Made by a program: the position numbers and the translations under genes. A DNA stretch of 64,000 nucleotides from Octopus sinensis (lineage: Eukaryota): the NCBI RefSeq assembly GCF_006345805.1, contig NC_043007.1, positions 66,960,001 through 67,024,000 of the forward strand. The letters run 5' to 3'. Position 1 is the stretch's first letter; the number at the start of each line of letters is the position of its first letter. The notes beneath the pieces were generated by a model. That model was not told the origin of the DNA. It did no database searches and was given only the letters and a program-made list of their open reading frames with translations. Below, in pieces: positions 36,360-49,844 of this stretch.

Positions 36360-37769
36360 TACATACACACACATAAACAAACGCACACAAAAATGCATAC
36401 AAACATGCACTCTACTCGGCAGCTACCAAATTCTTCCTTTATTTAGCCACAGCAGAACTACCATAACAATTACAAACTCTTCTATCACCACCTACACTAC
36501 CATCACCACCATCACCACTACAGATATGTAAATTAATTTTTGCTCCACCCCCTAGCCTTGTTCCAATTACAGTCCAATCCTATAATACACCCACTCTAAC
36601 CCACCTATCAAACATGACCAGATTTCCCTCTATTGCTCTCTTTCTCTCTCTCTGCCCCCCTCCCCATCATCATCACTACCATATCTATAGTTTCCAATCA
36701 CCACCACAACCTACACACAAATACACACACGCACACACACAAAATATAGTACCCCCATAATCTTCCCTACTTCCACAATCAAGCTCTAAAGCATGCATGC
36801 ATGCATCCAAACATACATACATACATGCATGCACACACACACACACATATATACACACACTGTCACCATCATAACTAAATTTCTTCACCCAACCACAAAC
36901 ACCCAGCAACCATACCCAACATAATCACATTCTTAAACATCCCATGCATCACATCACATCACATCACACTATTACCTTCACTATCCTCCATCCATACCCA
37001 TCACAACAAAGCCTCTTTGCAGTCATTTGACCTGCTAAAAATAGCAGCCATATCTCTCTCGAATCACACTACTATCTTAAAAGAAAAAGGATGAAAAAAA
37101 AAAAAAAGGAGTTGCTGGTTAATGTGATTCTGGGTTACCTACAGAAATAACAATAATACACAAAAAAAAAAAAAACAAGATGGTCACAGCTGGAATGCCT
37201 TTAATCATAGGTTTGTGAAATCAGGGTTGACCTGGGACCAAATGACAACAACCAACCATTGGTACTCTGAAATCCACCCACTACCACAACCACCACTACA
37301 TTTTATAAAGCTGCCTATCATTCTCAGCAATTACTACAGTTAGACCACACACACACCATACACATGTACTCAGCACCCTGCTACACACAATATACCACCA
37401 CCATCATCAATCTCACACCTCCACGCATACATGGCTCAAATGCTGCTCATCCCAATCTATGACTTGATAACTTAAGATAATAATATATTTCAATTAATTA
37501 AAATGATTTATAATCAGGTTCCAGTATGAACACTGGTACTTAAATTTTTTTCTTTTTCCTAAAAACCCTACCCCATTGTAAAACTGTTCAGGAGTTGGTG
37601 GGGGGCATGGATAAAAGACAAAAGGCTGATCCTAGCAAGATAAAAACACAAAGTAAAAACACATCATTAAATACAATAAAGCATTAAATCTGGTGCTTTG
37701 CTGATTGCAGTTTTAAGTTTGTGCCTGACCAATTCGGTTACTCTACCACTTTTTATACTAATAATAATA

Positions 37770-37938
37770 ATAATGGTTTCAAATTTTACCAAAAGGGCAG
37801 CAATTTTGGGAGAGAGGGCTAGTCAATTACATTGACACCAGTGTTCAATTGGTACTTATTTTATCAACCCGAAAGGATGAAAGACAAAGTTGACTTCAGT
37901 GGAATTTGCACTCAGAACATAGCAACATAATAATAATA

Positions 37939-37971
<33 letters not shown>

Positions 37972-38180
37972 CATCCTTTCTGCTGGAGACACAAGACCCC
38001 AGATTTATTGGGTTGGGCCTAGTCAATTATATCAACCCCAGTATTTCACTGGCACTTAATTTATCAACCCTGAAAGGATGAAAGGCAAAGTTGACTTAGA
38101 ACATAGCAACAGATGAAATTCCGTTAAGCATTTCGCCCAGCATGCTAACAATTCTGCCAGCTTGCTGCATAATAATAATA

Positions 38181-38230
<50 letters not shown>

Positions 38231-38870
38231 CCTTTCTACTGGAGATACAAGGCCTCAGATTTATTGGGTGAGGCCAGTGTTTCACTGGCACTTAATTTAT
38301 CAACGCCAAAAGGATGAATGGCAAAGTCGACCTTGGCAGAATTTGCACTCAGAATGTAGCGACAGGCAAAATACTGCTAAACATTTCAACCAGCATGCCA
38401 ACAATTCTGCCAGCTTGTTGCATAATAATAATAATAATAATAATAATAATCCTTTCTACTGGAGATACAAGGCCTCAAATTTATTGGGTGGGGCCTAGTC
38501 AATTATATCGACCCAAGTGTTTCACAGGTATTTAATTTATCGACCCCAAAAGGATGAAAGGCAAAGTCGACCTCAGCGGAATTTGAACTCAGAACATAGC
38601 AACAGATGAAATTCCGTTAAACATTTCACCTGGCATGCAAACAATTCTGCCAGCTTGCTGCCTAAAGTAATTGTTTCGAATTTTGGTGCAAGCCCAGCAA
38701 GTTCGGTGGATGGGGGAGGGGATAAGTCGATTACATCAATCCCAGTACTCAACTGGTACTTATTTTATCAACCTCGGAAGAATGAAAGGCAAAGTCAACC
38801 TTGGAAAAATTTAAACTCAGATGAAGACAGATGAAATACTTAGCAACAATTCTGCCAGCTCTGCACCCTA
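37770..38870 (-). mobile_element. Array of five family 2 SINE units separated by (TAA)n
   Basis: three central units share private variants (ggagatacaag, tttattgggt). Confidence 0.8.
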
Positions 38871-39214
38871 AACAACAACAAGAACAGCAGCAGCAACAGC
38901 AACAACAATAATGCCAGACACTGGCTCCTGATCTTAACTGATTGGAAGTGTTATGATGTACATGTATAAAAGAAGGGCTGCAGCAAATACTCTGCTCACT
39001 ACCACAGCTGCTTGACCATAACCAGTTGAGCATGTCACCTTAGTAGCTGACATGTGCATCTCTGATAATGAGCTGTAGTAGTAGGGTAGCATCACAGCCA
39101 TGTGTTGAGCAGATTTTCTGCTCAATTTGATTCTCAAGCCTTTATTCCCACCATAAAGCTTTGTCATTTGTTTTTCTGTCACTTTTAACCCCAAGGGTTT
39201 GCACAGCAACAGAG

Positions 39215-39420
39215 GGAAGCGCAATGGCACAGTGGTGAGGGGCAGCAGACTCGTGGCCATAAGAATGCGGTTTTGATTCCCAGACCAGGCATTGTGAGTG
39301 TTTATTGAGCAAAAATACCTAAGCTCCACAAGGCTCCGGTGGGGGTGGTGGTGAACCCCACTGTACTCTTTCACCACAACTTTCTCTCACTCTTTCTTCC
39401 TACTTCTGCCACAAAGCAGA
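39215..39420 (+). mobile_element. tRNA SINE (family 6)
   Basis: gaagcgcaatggcacagtggtgaggg head, ggttttgattccc B-box-like motif. Confidence 0.5.
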
Positions 39421-40384
39421 GGAACCATGGTGTAAGCCACTATGGTGTGGTAAACTTTCAGACCCTAGTCTAGATTGCAAATCCTCTGTACCCCAGGATG
39501 GTTCAGCTCTCCACCCATTAAAAAGCTACCATTTACGGAATGAGGATAACAATGTAGCTTTCACGCCCGTGCAACCGCCAGTCTATCACATGTGGTGGGT
39601 GGATCTTCAAGTTGCCAAACACATTCTTAGTAGCTTAGAGTAGGCTTGAATTAGAGATTATTCTTTGTGGCTAATGGCGTGAGTCCTGATTGGAAGAAGA
39701 AGACAGCAACAGAACCTGCACAGCATATAAGGTCATTTAGATCTGTTATGTTTTCAATGTAGATTTTCATATTATGATCATTGTTAATACTTTGAGAATG
39801 GCTGACTGACAGATTCATTAGTATATCAGAAAATACCTTGTGATATTTAGCTTCCACTGATTTTGTTTAAATTTTAGATGCCACTCAGGTCAAATTTACC
39901 TTTCATCCCTTAAAAGGCAATGGATTGGAAAGTCGTTAGAGCATCAGAAAAAATATCTAGTGACATTTGTTTCAACACTACATTTTGTGTTCAAATTCTA
40001 CTGCAGTCAACTTTGCCTTTCATCCCTCTGGGGTCAATGATAGTACTGAGGTAGATGGTATCCATTCCCCTGAAAATTATTGAACTTATCCCTAAATCAG
40101 AAACCATTATTATTACTATTATTGTTATTATTAAGAGAGCAAGCTGGCCAAATCTTTAACACACCAGACAGAATGCTTTGCAGTATTTTGTGCGTCTCAG
40201 CATTCTGAGTTCAAATTCCACCAACACTGACTTTGCTTTTCATCCTTTCGCAGTCATTAAAATAAGTACCAGTTGAGTACTGGGGTCAATGTAATCAACT
40301 ATCCCTCTCCTCCAAATTGCGGGCCTTGTGCCTTTAGTAAAAAGGATTATTAATAATATTAATAATAATGACAATAAGGCAGTA

Positions 40385-42129
40385 AGTGGCAGAACCATTA
40401 GCAAGAAATGGTTTTTGAATCTGAAGACTTCTCATATGATACCAAACAGTCAGGAACCCCTCAGCAGTTTATCAAAATGGAATTGAATGACAGTTCATGA
40501 TTTGGGGCTCTCCAAGAAAACAGCTGATTTATTAGCTTCCAAGCTGCAAGAAAAACCTACTTGATTTTTCTGCAAGTTTCATATTTCCAAAAGCAAGACC
40601 AGACTATTGTCGTCTTTTTTTTTTCAGAAGACAGGCAGCTTGTTTACTACTGCCATGACATCCCAAGTCATCCATGCAATAAGGTGTTACCTCATCATAT
40701 AGTCCAACAGAATGATTATCTCTGGATAGCTCTAATCACAGCCTCAAGTGAGTTCTCTTTCACAATGGCAATGTTTATGGAGTGATCCAAGCGGATCACC
40801 TCAATGCATTTGCAAGAAAAACATGACATAAAAATGGTCATTGGCTTACTCAAATACCATGAGCACTACTGGATCATTTGTATAAACCTGAAAATGGTCA
40901 ACTTTCTCACTGGTCAATATAAAAGCTTCACGAAATTTCTGTTATCTCAACATGTGGGACAGCCAAGCACAAAACGAAACTCTCAACACAGGAGAGACCC
41001 ATCCATGAAACTCTGGAAGAAGGTATGCCAAACATTGTGAATTTGTGAACAACCCAGTTATAAACCAAGAAAAGAAAATTATTTCCTACCACTCTATACA
41101 AAGTGTGGCTGAATTAAACAGTTCATGAAGGCATTGAATATTGATGGTGAATGTTTTCAACATACAGTTTCTATTTTGTCTTTTGAGAAGATGAAAGCAG
41201 GTGTATTCAATGGACCTAAAATTCATGCCCTTATTTGTAATAAGGAATTTGTCAAGGAAAAGAATGATAAGGAGAAGGCAGCATGGCTGTCTTTTGTAGC
41301 AGTCGTACAAAGCTTTCTTAGTAACAAAATAAAACAGAGAACTATGAAGTTCTGGTTTTTAGAATGCTGTTAGCCTTTTGCAATCTTGGGTGCAACATGA
41401 GTGTTAAGCTCCCATTTCCTGAATAGTTACCTTGATTGATTCCCCAAGAATCTGTAAATAATAAACAGGGAGAGAGCTTCTATCAGGACCTCATGACCAT
41501 GGAAAAGAGCTACCAAGGGTAAAGGGACAAAAATACAATGGCAGACCACTGTTAGAGCATCAAACAAGATTGTCCTGAGAAAGTCCACAAATGCAAGAGC
41601 AATAAACACAAAGTGTTGCCTCACCTGAACCTATTTGATCTTAGGATTCCATTAATATCAATTCTGTTGAATTACCCATCATATTTATGTACCTATCATC
41701 TTTATGTCAAAATATGTTAATTTTAGGTCAATTTAAAGTAGCAAGGATTAGCACATACTCGTATTTGATTATAATGGATGTTCCCCATTTAACAAATGGT
41801 GACACATTTTATTCTACACAAGTCATTTTTTAATCTTTTTTTGAACTTTAATGTATACAGTGATGTAACTACACATTCTTGCGAATATATAAAGAATATC
41901 TTTACCAAGATGGTTGCTCTGAGCCTAATTTTAAGACTGCATGGTGATAAATTTTTCAAATGGAGTATGTCAGCATGTGAGAGGCATCCAAATTTCATGT
42001 AAAATAAGAATGTTGAGTTGCAAAAAATCTAAAGCTTACAGAAAAAAACTTCAGATTTGAATTCAGCTCACTTAAATTAGGCAAGAACAAAAGCTGGTAT
42101 CAATACAATGGAAACTTTGTTCCCCAGTG
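40385..42129 (+). mobile_element. Chapaev3-like DNA transposon, decayed transposase plus 3' TIR
   Basis: ELND..DLGLSK..ADLLASKLQEK; LKMVNFLTGQ; KALNIDGECF...EKMKAGVFNGPKI...EKAAWLSFVAVV; terminus ...ctttgttccccagtg at 42129. Confidence 0.8.
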
Positions 42130-42156
42130 TTGTTGTTGTTGCTGTTATTATTATTA

Positions 42157-42610
42157 AGGTGGTGAGCTGACTAGCATACCAGGCAAAATGCTTAGCAGAA
42201 TTTGATCCATCTCTATACATTCTGAGTTTAAATTCTGCCGAGGTCAACTTTGCCTTTTTCATCCTTTCAGGGTCAATGAATTAAGTACCAGTGAAACAAT
42301 GGGTCAATGTAATTGACTAGTCCTCTGCCCCAAAATTTCAGGCCTTGTGCCTTTAGTAGAAAAGATTATGATTATTATTATTACTATCATTATTATTTAA
42401 GGTGGCAAGCTGGCAGAATCGTTAGCACACAAGGCAAAATGCTTAACAGCATTTCATCCGTCTTTATGTTTTGAGTTCAAATCCCACTGACATCAGCTTT
42501 GCCTTTCATCCCTTCAGGGTTGATAAGATAAATATCAGTTGGATACTGGTCAATCTAATCGACTGTCCCCTCCCACCAAATTTCAAGCCTCATGCATTTA
42601 GTAGACAGGA
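42157..42610 (+). mobile_element. Two tandem family 2 SINEs in (ATT)n
   Basis: diagnostic cores and (ATT)n spacers. Confidence 0.8.
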
Positions 42611-42634
42611 TTATTATTATTATTATTATTATTA

Positions 42635-44130
42635 AACAAAATAACTTTACTGGAGAATGTAACAAAGTGTCAGTTGTCCACAACAGTGGCCATATATGTA
42701 ACACTCTTCATTCAGATTGGAGAACTCTGTGGAGGATTTGTGCAGTTCCAACCAACACTGTCTTCTGTAGATGCTTTATCTTCACATTAACTGCTAGCTT
42801 TCCAGTACAGTTTGCTAGTTTGGTAATTATAGTTCCAAGGCTCCAACAACAACAGGTATAACACTCACCTTCTTTAATGATCAGAGACTTTTTATTTCCC
42901 AATTCAAATCATCATGTCTGACCAGCTTCTATTATTCTTTCCAATACAATGTCATAATTAGCACATGCTTATATCCATGATTAAACACGTTTTTACCACT
43001 TCTTCACCCTAACCACTACACCTGGTTTTCGATGTTCATTTCCATGATCACATTGGATCATTATATCCCACAGTATCCCTAACATGTTATTCTCAATTAC
43101 TCCTTCTTGGGTTTACCCATACCACATCTTTACTTTATCCAATCTATGCTTCTCACACAGCTCCCAATGAATTATTCTTGCAACATTATCATGTCTTCCT
43201 TTATAATCTTTTTGGGCCAGGTTTCATCAATCATCATTATCGACATTTAACGGCTGTTTTCCATGCTAGCACAGGTTGGATGGCTTGACAGGAGCTGGCA
43301 AGGCCAGGGGCCACACCAGGCTCCATAGTTTGTTTTGGCTTGGTTTCTACAGCTGGATGCCCTGCCTAACACCAACCACTTTACAGAGTATACTGGGTGC
43401 TTTTTATGTGGCACCAGTGCCCACACCAATGCTTATTACATGGTGTCATTCTCACCTTTATCACTGCACAAACTGCACTTGTTACTTTCTTCTATATTAT
43501 CAATCCATTTATTGGGTGTAATTTGTTCTAAGTACTTGTTCCTGCACAACACAGGTAAGCACTTCTGTCTCTGGCTTCAAGCACTTTCCTAAGCCAGTGT
43601 TACTTTCCAATGGTATCAGTATTCTTGCTCACCTTTCTCACAAACTGCTCATACATCATTTTTCCATTCCATTCTCTTTTGTCTTTCTTGTTCTTTTTCC
43701 TTTGTATTCCTCCACCTCCAAGCAAGTGTCTGTCCTGACTGTACCAGATATTCTCACACGAACAAGCAAGGGTTCTATGGCACTCCTGATATACCGCCCC
43801 ACCCCCAAGCTGTTTCCTTCTGAGCATATATAAGTTTAATTAGTTCTTGCCCACCTTTGTGCCTGGTTAGATACAGCCTGTCAGAGTTGTTCTTAGAGTG
43901 GAAGACTCCATGTATTGTGAGAAATTTTCCTGATCTTTGGTCTATCCTCTGTAACTCCTCTTCCCTCCAATACCTCAATCTTAAGTACTTGAAATATATT
44001 TCTTCCATTCAGTTTTGAACTGGTACTATTATTGAAGACGTTGCACAGTATCCAATATTGTGATGCTGTTGATTGAAGATATTGTGTGCACCAGGAGTTT
44101 GTACTGTCTGTCAAGCCACAACAAGGGTCT
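42635..44130 (-). mobile_element. R4/Dong-clade non-LTR retrotransposon 3' fragment (RT thumb + restriction-like endonuclease), interrupted by an RTE-tailed SINE at 43230-43430
   Basis: WREEELQRID...DRLYLTRHKGGQEL; ILWD..IQCD...EHRKP; VIPVVVGAL; LQKTVLVGTAQILHRVL; 3' end abuts (TAA)n. Confidence 0.8.
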
Positions 44131-44164
44131 CAGACAAACGGTACTTCATGCAGTATGCATGTAG

Positions 44165-44490
44165 TTCATCCTCATCATTTAACGTCTGCTTTCCATGCTA
44201 GCATGGGTAGGACAATTTGACTGAGGACTGGTGAGCCAGATGGCTGCACCAGACTCCAATCTGATCTGTCAGAATTTCTACAACTGGATGCCCTTCCTAA
44301 TGCCAACCACTCCGAGAGTGTAGTGGGTGCTTTTACGTGCCACCGGCAGGAGGGCCAGTCTGGCAGTACTGGCAACGGCCACATTCAAAATGGTGTTTTT
44401 TATGTGCCACCTGCGCAGAAGTTAGTCCAGCGGCACTGGTAACAACCTCGCTTGAATGTTTTGTTCATGTGCCACCGGCACAAGTGCCGA
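44165..44490 (-). mobile_element. RTE-tailed SINE-like retroposon
   Basis: homologous to 9-455. Confidence 0.8.
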
Positions 44491-46229
44491 TCATGCATAA
44501 AGTGAAGCCAATTTTAGCAAAACACCAAGATTGTAGGGTATTTCTAAAGTTCCCAAATATTTCTTCAGGTTGAGTAGTATTGAACCCAATGCTTTGACGA
44601 CAACATGGACAACCTTTTTTGTTTGACTCTCATAGCTTCCTTTAGTAGAAAAGATTATTATTAACTGGTAAGGGGTCAGAAATGAGAAGAGTAGCAGAGA
44701 TGACATTCAGAGCCCATTTTGACATTCATTCCTACAGCTGTCCATAAACTAAGAACCCATGAAAGTGCTGGGGTCAACTGAAACGACAATACACTCTCCC
44801 TATAAAAATGTAACCATTCAAACAGAAAACTATATTGATTGTTCAGTATTATGACAAGGCTAGTGGACAGCAGAATTGGTAAAGCAGTAGATTAAGTTAT
44901 TTTGAAGAATTTATTTATGCTTATGTCCTGTTTTCGAATCCCACAACAATCATCTTTACTTTTGGTTCTTTGGTGAGTGGGGTGGGGGATGATCAATTAA
45001 TTAGGTACTGGTCAAGCAATCAGGACAACTAAACTGACCATACTAATCCCTACAAAATAAACAGTAACTATGCAGTAAGAAGTTTGCTTCCCAACCACAT
45101 GGTCTCAGGTTCAGTCCCCTTGCATGGAACCTTGGGCAAGTGTCTTCTACTATAACCCTGTAGTGGACCAAATCCTTGTGAATGAATTCAGTAGACAGAA
45201 ACTAAAAAAAGCTTGTCGTGTGTGTGTAACAGAGAAATCAGCTGTCAACATCTTTACTCTGTAAATTTCCTGAAGACGGTGCACTATGCCTGAAATATTA
45301 GAAATACCAAGTAATAGTTCTAAACATCATTCTGTTTAATTATTTTTTTATTTCTAAAACATGCTTTGTTTTGGGTTTAAAAATGTGTGAATGAATTTGG
45401 TAGACAGAAACTGAAAACAGTTTGTCATGTGTGTGCATGTGTGTGTGTGTTAGAGTTACTAAGTAACCGCCTGTATATAAATGCATTAGTATCTTTATAT
45501 AACTGTGTGTATAAAATTGTGTGAGTGAGAGTGCTTCTTAGCATCTTTGCATGTATGTGTGTATGTATGCATATATGTATGTATTAATATATACGTAAGT
45601 GCATATATGTTAGTGTGTAAGAAAGTGAATTTGCATGTAAGCATGTATTAAATGCATGTGCATGTATGTCAATATGTGTATGTGAGTGTGTGATTGTGTA
45701 TGTGCACACGTGCCCTCCTCTTCTTCCTCCTCCCTTCACTGGTATCACTATGTGTGTAAATATCCCCGTGGGGCAGGGTGGGAGGGGGACTAAAATGTCT
45801 TGGGTCATTCATGGCTGTCATTAGTTAGTGTGCCCCAACCCCCACCCATCAGGGGAAAAAGGATCCGGGGGGGGGGGCATGGGTGATGAATTAGTCCAGC
45901 AGCAGCAGTAGTGGAGGATCAGGGAGGGGGACAGTTATGATAGACCTCCCTTGTTAACCACTCCACCAACAATGCAGAACCACCCACACCCAGCACTACT
46001 TCCCCCCCCCCCGCACACTCACCACCCACTGGCTGACATGGTAGGGGAGGATTAGAGTACAGTGTTTATTAGTGTGTACTATAGCATGCAGTGTAGTGAG
46101 AGGACTGAGGAAGAAGTGGCGGGGGCGGGGTGGGGGAGAAGAGAGTAAATTACAAATGAATAGAGAAAAAGATGCAGAGAGAGAGAGAGAGGGGGGTGAG
46201 GCATGAGTGGGGGTTTGTGTGGAGCAGAT

Positions 46230-46570
46230 GATGCCGATGATGATGATGATGAGGAGGAGGATGGAAACAATGCCGAGTTAGTTTGATGATAATGGAGATA
46301 AGAAGAAACATGCAAGTTACCAGAGCAAAAGTGAAATGATTTTCTTGATCCCAACAACAATAGTAATAATGAAGATTGACTATTGCAATGATGATGACAA
46401 TGATGATGATGATGACGATGGTGGTGGCGATGGTGGTGGTGATGGTGCTGGTGGTGTTCTTTATGATGATAATGGTGGTGGTGATGATGATGATGATGGT
46501 GGTGGTAGTATTGATGATGATGATGATGATGATGGTGATGATGATAGTAGTAATGATATTAAAGGGACGG
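46230..46570. repeat. (GAT/GGT)n low-complexity tracts
   Basis: direct inspection. Confidence 0.8.
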
Positions 46571-47529
46571 TGATGATGAATTAGTGAAACGTTACTAAAA
46601 TGAGGCAAGAAGGTCTGTTCAGAATGACAATGATTATGATTCTCATCATCATCATCCCTGGCCACATCATGAGAATTATATTGACAATGTCAAGATATCT
46701 GCTGTGGTGGTGAAAAGGAGAAGGAAGAGAGGGAAAGGAAGAAGAAGAGGAGAGTAACGACAATCTGGAGGACAGGAGAACATTCCAGGCAATTTTCCCT
46801 CAACCTCTTCCTAATTGCCTACCACCACCACCACTACTACTATAATATACAAAGCCTCCCACACACCCTCAGCCTGTGCAGGAATCAAAGAAGAACACAC
46901 ACACACACACACACATACATACACAATATGCACCTATGCCCACCCAGCCAACACTTGACACACAACCACCACCACCACCACCACCATCACCAACACACCA
47001 ATACAATCAGTCAACCACTAATTCCACCATCACCATCAACAAAAGAAAACAAAAAAAAATCGCAATGTGACAAAGAGAAGCAGAAGACTTGGTAAGAAAA
47101 GTACAATAGTGCATGTCACCAAGAAAGAGAGAGACAGACAGACATAGACAGATGGACAGACTGATAGAGAAATAGGCAGCGGGCTGCAGTCAGAGGAAGG
47201 AAGAGTTTATCAGAGAGAAGGCCTGGTGAGGGGGAGGGCAATAGGTGTGTAAGTCTCATACTGTGTCCTGTTATAACTGTGCTTGGCATTTCTACTGCAA
47301 GCCACTGTGACCTTATTGGGTGATTTGGAGTAGCCCTGAGGACTTTTGTCTTCATAAGATATAATCCAGGACAAGTTATATTAGTGGAGTCTACTCTCTC
47401 GTCAAGATATACCAAGGGAGGGAGTAAGACATAGCATTGGTGATGGTGGTAGTAAGCATTTAGTTGGTTGATGTACAATGACGGTTCAATTCTTAGTTGA
47501 ACTCTTTGTTTTCTATTTTAGTTACTCTA

Positions 47530-47770
47530 ACATACCAGTGCCATGTAAACAGCACCTGTGCTGGTACCACATAGAAAGCACCCATGTTGGTGCCACATGA
47601 AAAGCACACAGTACACTCTGTAAAGTGGTTGGCATTAGGAAGAGTATCTGGCTGTAGAAACCATGCCAAAACTGACAATTGGAGCCTGGTGCAAGTTCTC
47701 CAGCTTGCTAACTCCTGTCAAACAGTCCAACCCATGCCAGAATGGAAAAGAGATGTTAAATGCTGATGAC
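47530..47770 (+). mobile_element. RTE-tailed SINE-like retroposon
   Basis: agtggttggcattaggaag...ccaacccatgccagaatggaaaagagatgttaaatgctgatg. Confidence 0.65.
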
Positions 47771-48300
47771 ACCAGCTGTCTCTTAAACCCTAGTTAACAT
47801 CCTAGCAAGAGATGGGCTTCTTTTTTTGGCCATTTAATCAAAGAGGGAAGGGTAGAAACCATGAAGGGTCATTTATGTTGGGGTTTTTTTCTTTCAGAGA
47901 CTCCAAGAGAAGAAATTATTCTCAAGCTAAGAGACTTGTCTCAAATGTTTGCAACAGAGTGAATTCTGCTGAAAGTACCCAAGGACTAGGACAAGGAGGG
48001 GTGGTATTAATTCAAGATTACATCTATTACCCAAAAATTCAGAATACAAAGAGCTAGGATAAATACCACAAGGTACCTTACAGGTCCACTAATCCACTAC
48101 CCTCAACTGTTTATTTTCTCAACCCTGAAAAGATGAAAAGTAAGGCTGCTCTAAGTGGGATTTGAACTCAGGATACAGTGAGTTAGAATGAGTGCCACAT
48201 GGCAGCCTGCCCAGCACTCTAGCAGCTCTGCTAATGCCCTAAGAAAGCTGACTTTAATGATAAAATATGTTACATCAAAATGTAGTTGTCAGGTAATACC

Positions 48301-48812
48301 TTAACTCTTTAGCATTTAAACCAGCCGTATCCAGCCCATGGCTCAGTTGTTAGAGCATCAGACTCCCAACAATGTGGTAGTGAATTCAATTTCCAGGTGC
48401 AACTGTGTGTTGTGTTCTTTATCTCACATTGCTCCAGCTCACTCAGCTGCAGAAATGAGTTGAGACATCACTGGTACCAGGCAGTATCTGTCTTTGCATT
48501 TCCCTTGGATAACATCAGTGGCATGGAGAGGGGAGGCTAGTATGCATGAGTGACTTTAACTCTAGGTGCAATCCTGTGGTCATTCATGACTGAAGTAGGT
48601 TTTTACCCTTTATCCAGCCCAAATATTCTACTTGTCTTATGTTCAACCTGGCCAGCACCAATCTCTCACACCTAACCTACAACGTCATTCTAAAATAAAA
48701 CTATCACATCATTGAAACTTCAAAGCTACAAGATAGGCCATGATTAATTTCTAAACAATGTGAACAAATAAGCATTATGTTTGACAGAGAAATCTGAATG
48801 CTAATGGGTTAA
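48301..48812 (+). mobile_element. Composite: piggyBac-like MITE carrying a family 3 SINE (copy 1)
   Basis: TTAA at both ends; SINE flanked by tatccagc at 48328 and 48611. Confidence 0.75.
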
Positions 48813-49068
48813 AGGCTACAGAATGTTTGCAATAACACCCTAAACTAAGCAAGCAGCCATGCATTAAGGACAACAAGTGAACATATGTAGGAAGGAGATA
48901 TGACAATACTGGTACAAACATGTGATGTATGAATGGACAAAAAAAATTTTGGGTTCAAAAAGTATTCTGTACTGACTGACAGTAGAAAGTGCTGATGGTA
49001 GAATGAACCTAGGGTAGAGATGGGGGCTAGGGGAAATAAGTAATGAAATGAAATCTCAATACTGGACC

Positions 49069-49639
49069 ATAACCATTTAGCATCTAAGCCAAACATATCC
49101 AGCACATGGCTCAGTGGTTAGAGTGTCAGGTTTACAATCATGAGGTAGCATGTTCAGTTCTTGAACTGGGTTGAGTGTTGTGTTCTTGAGCAAGGCACTT
49201 TATTACACATTGCTCCAGTCACTCATCTGTAGAAATGAGTTGCGACATCACTGGTGCCAAGCTGTATCGGCCTTTGCCTTTCCCTTGGATAACACTGGTG
49301 GCGTGGAGAGGGGAATCTGGTATGCATGGGTGATTGCTGGTCTTCCATAAGCAACATTGCCCAGACTTGTGCCTGGGAGGGTAACTTTCTAGGTGCAATT
49401 CTATGGTCATTCATGACCAAAGGGGGTCTTTATCCAGCTCAGATATTTTACTGGTTTTATATTCAAACTGGCCAAATCTGGCCTTTCATACCCACCCTAC
49501 TACTAATTCATTCAACAAAATAATCAGTCACATCATGGTATGAAATCTCAAAGCTATGAGATAATAAATGATTAATTGAAAACAATGTGAATCAATAAAC
49601 CTTGCATTTGACAGAATAATCTGAATGCTAAAGAGCTAA
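49069..49639 (+). mobile_element. Composite: piggyBac-like MITE carrying a family 3 SINE (copy 2)
   Basis: SINE flanked by tatccagc at 49096 and 49431, same site as copy 1. Confidence 0.75.
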
Positions 49640-49844
49640 AGACAAGAGAACGCAGGGTCAAGATGAATAAACAAGGGTAATAAACTAATATGAAGAATTC
49701 ATCACATCAGAATAAAAAACCAGACATCATGATCATGATCATGATAATGATTATGGTGATGAAATAAATTATGCTCCCATTAACGCCATTTTCTATAATT
49801 CTGCTGCCATCAATCAGTGCCTTATGGCTAAATAGTTATAATGT

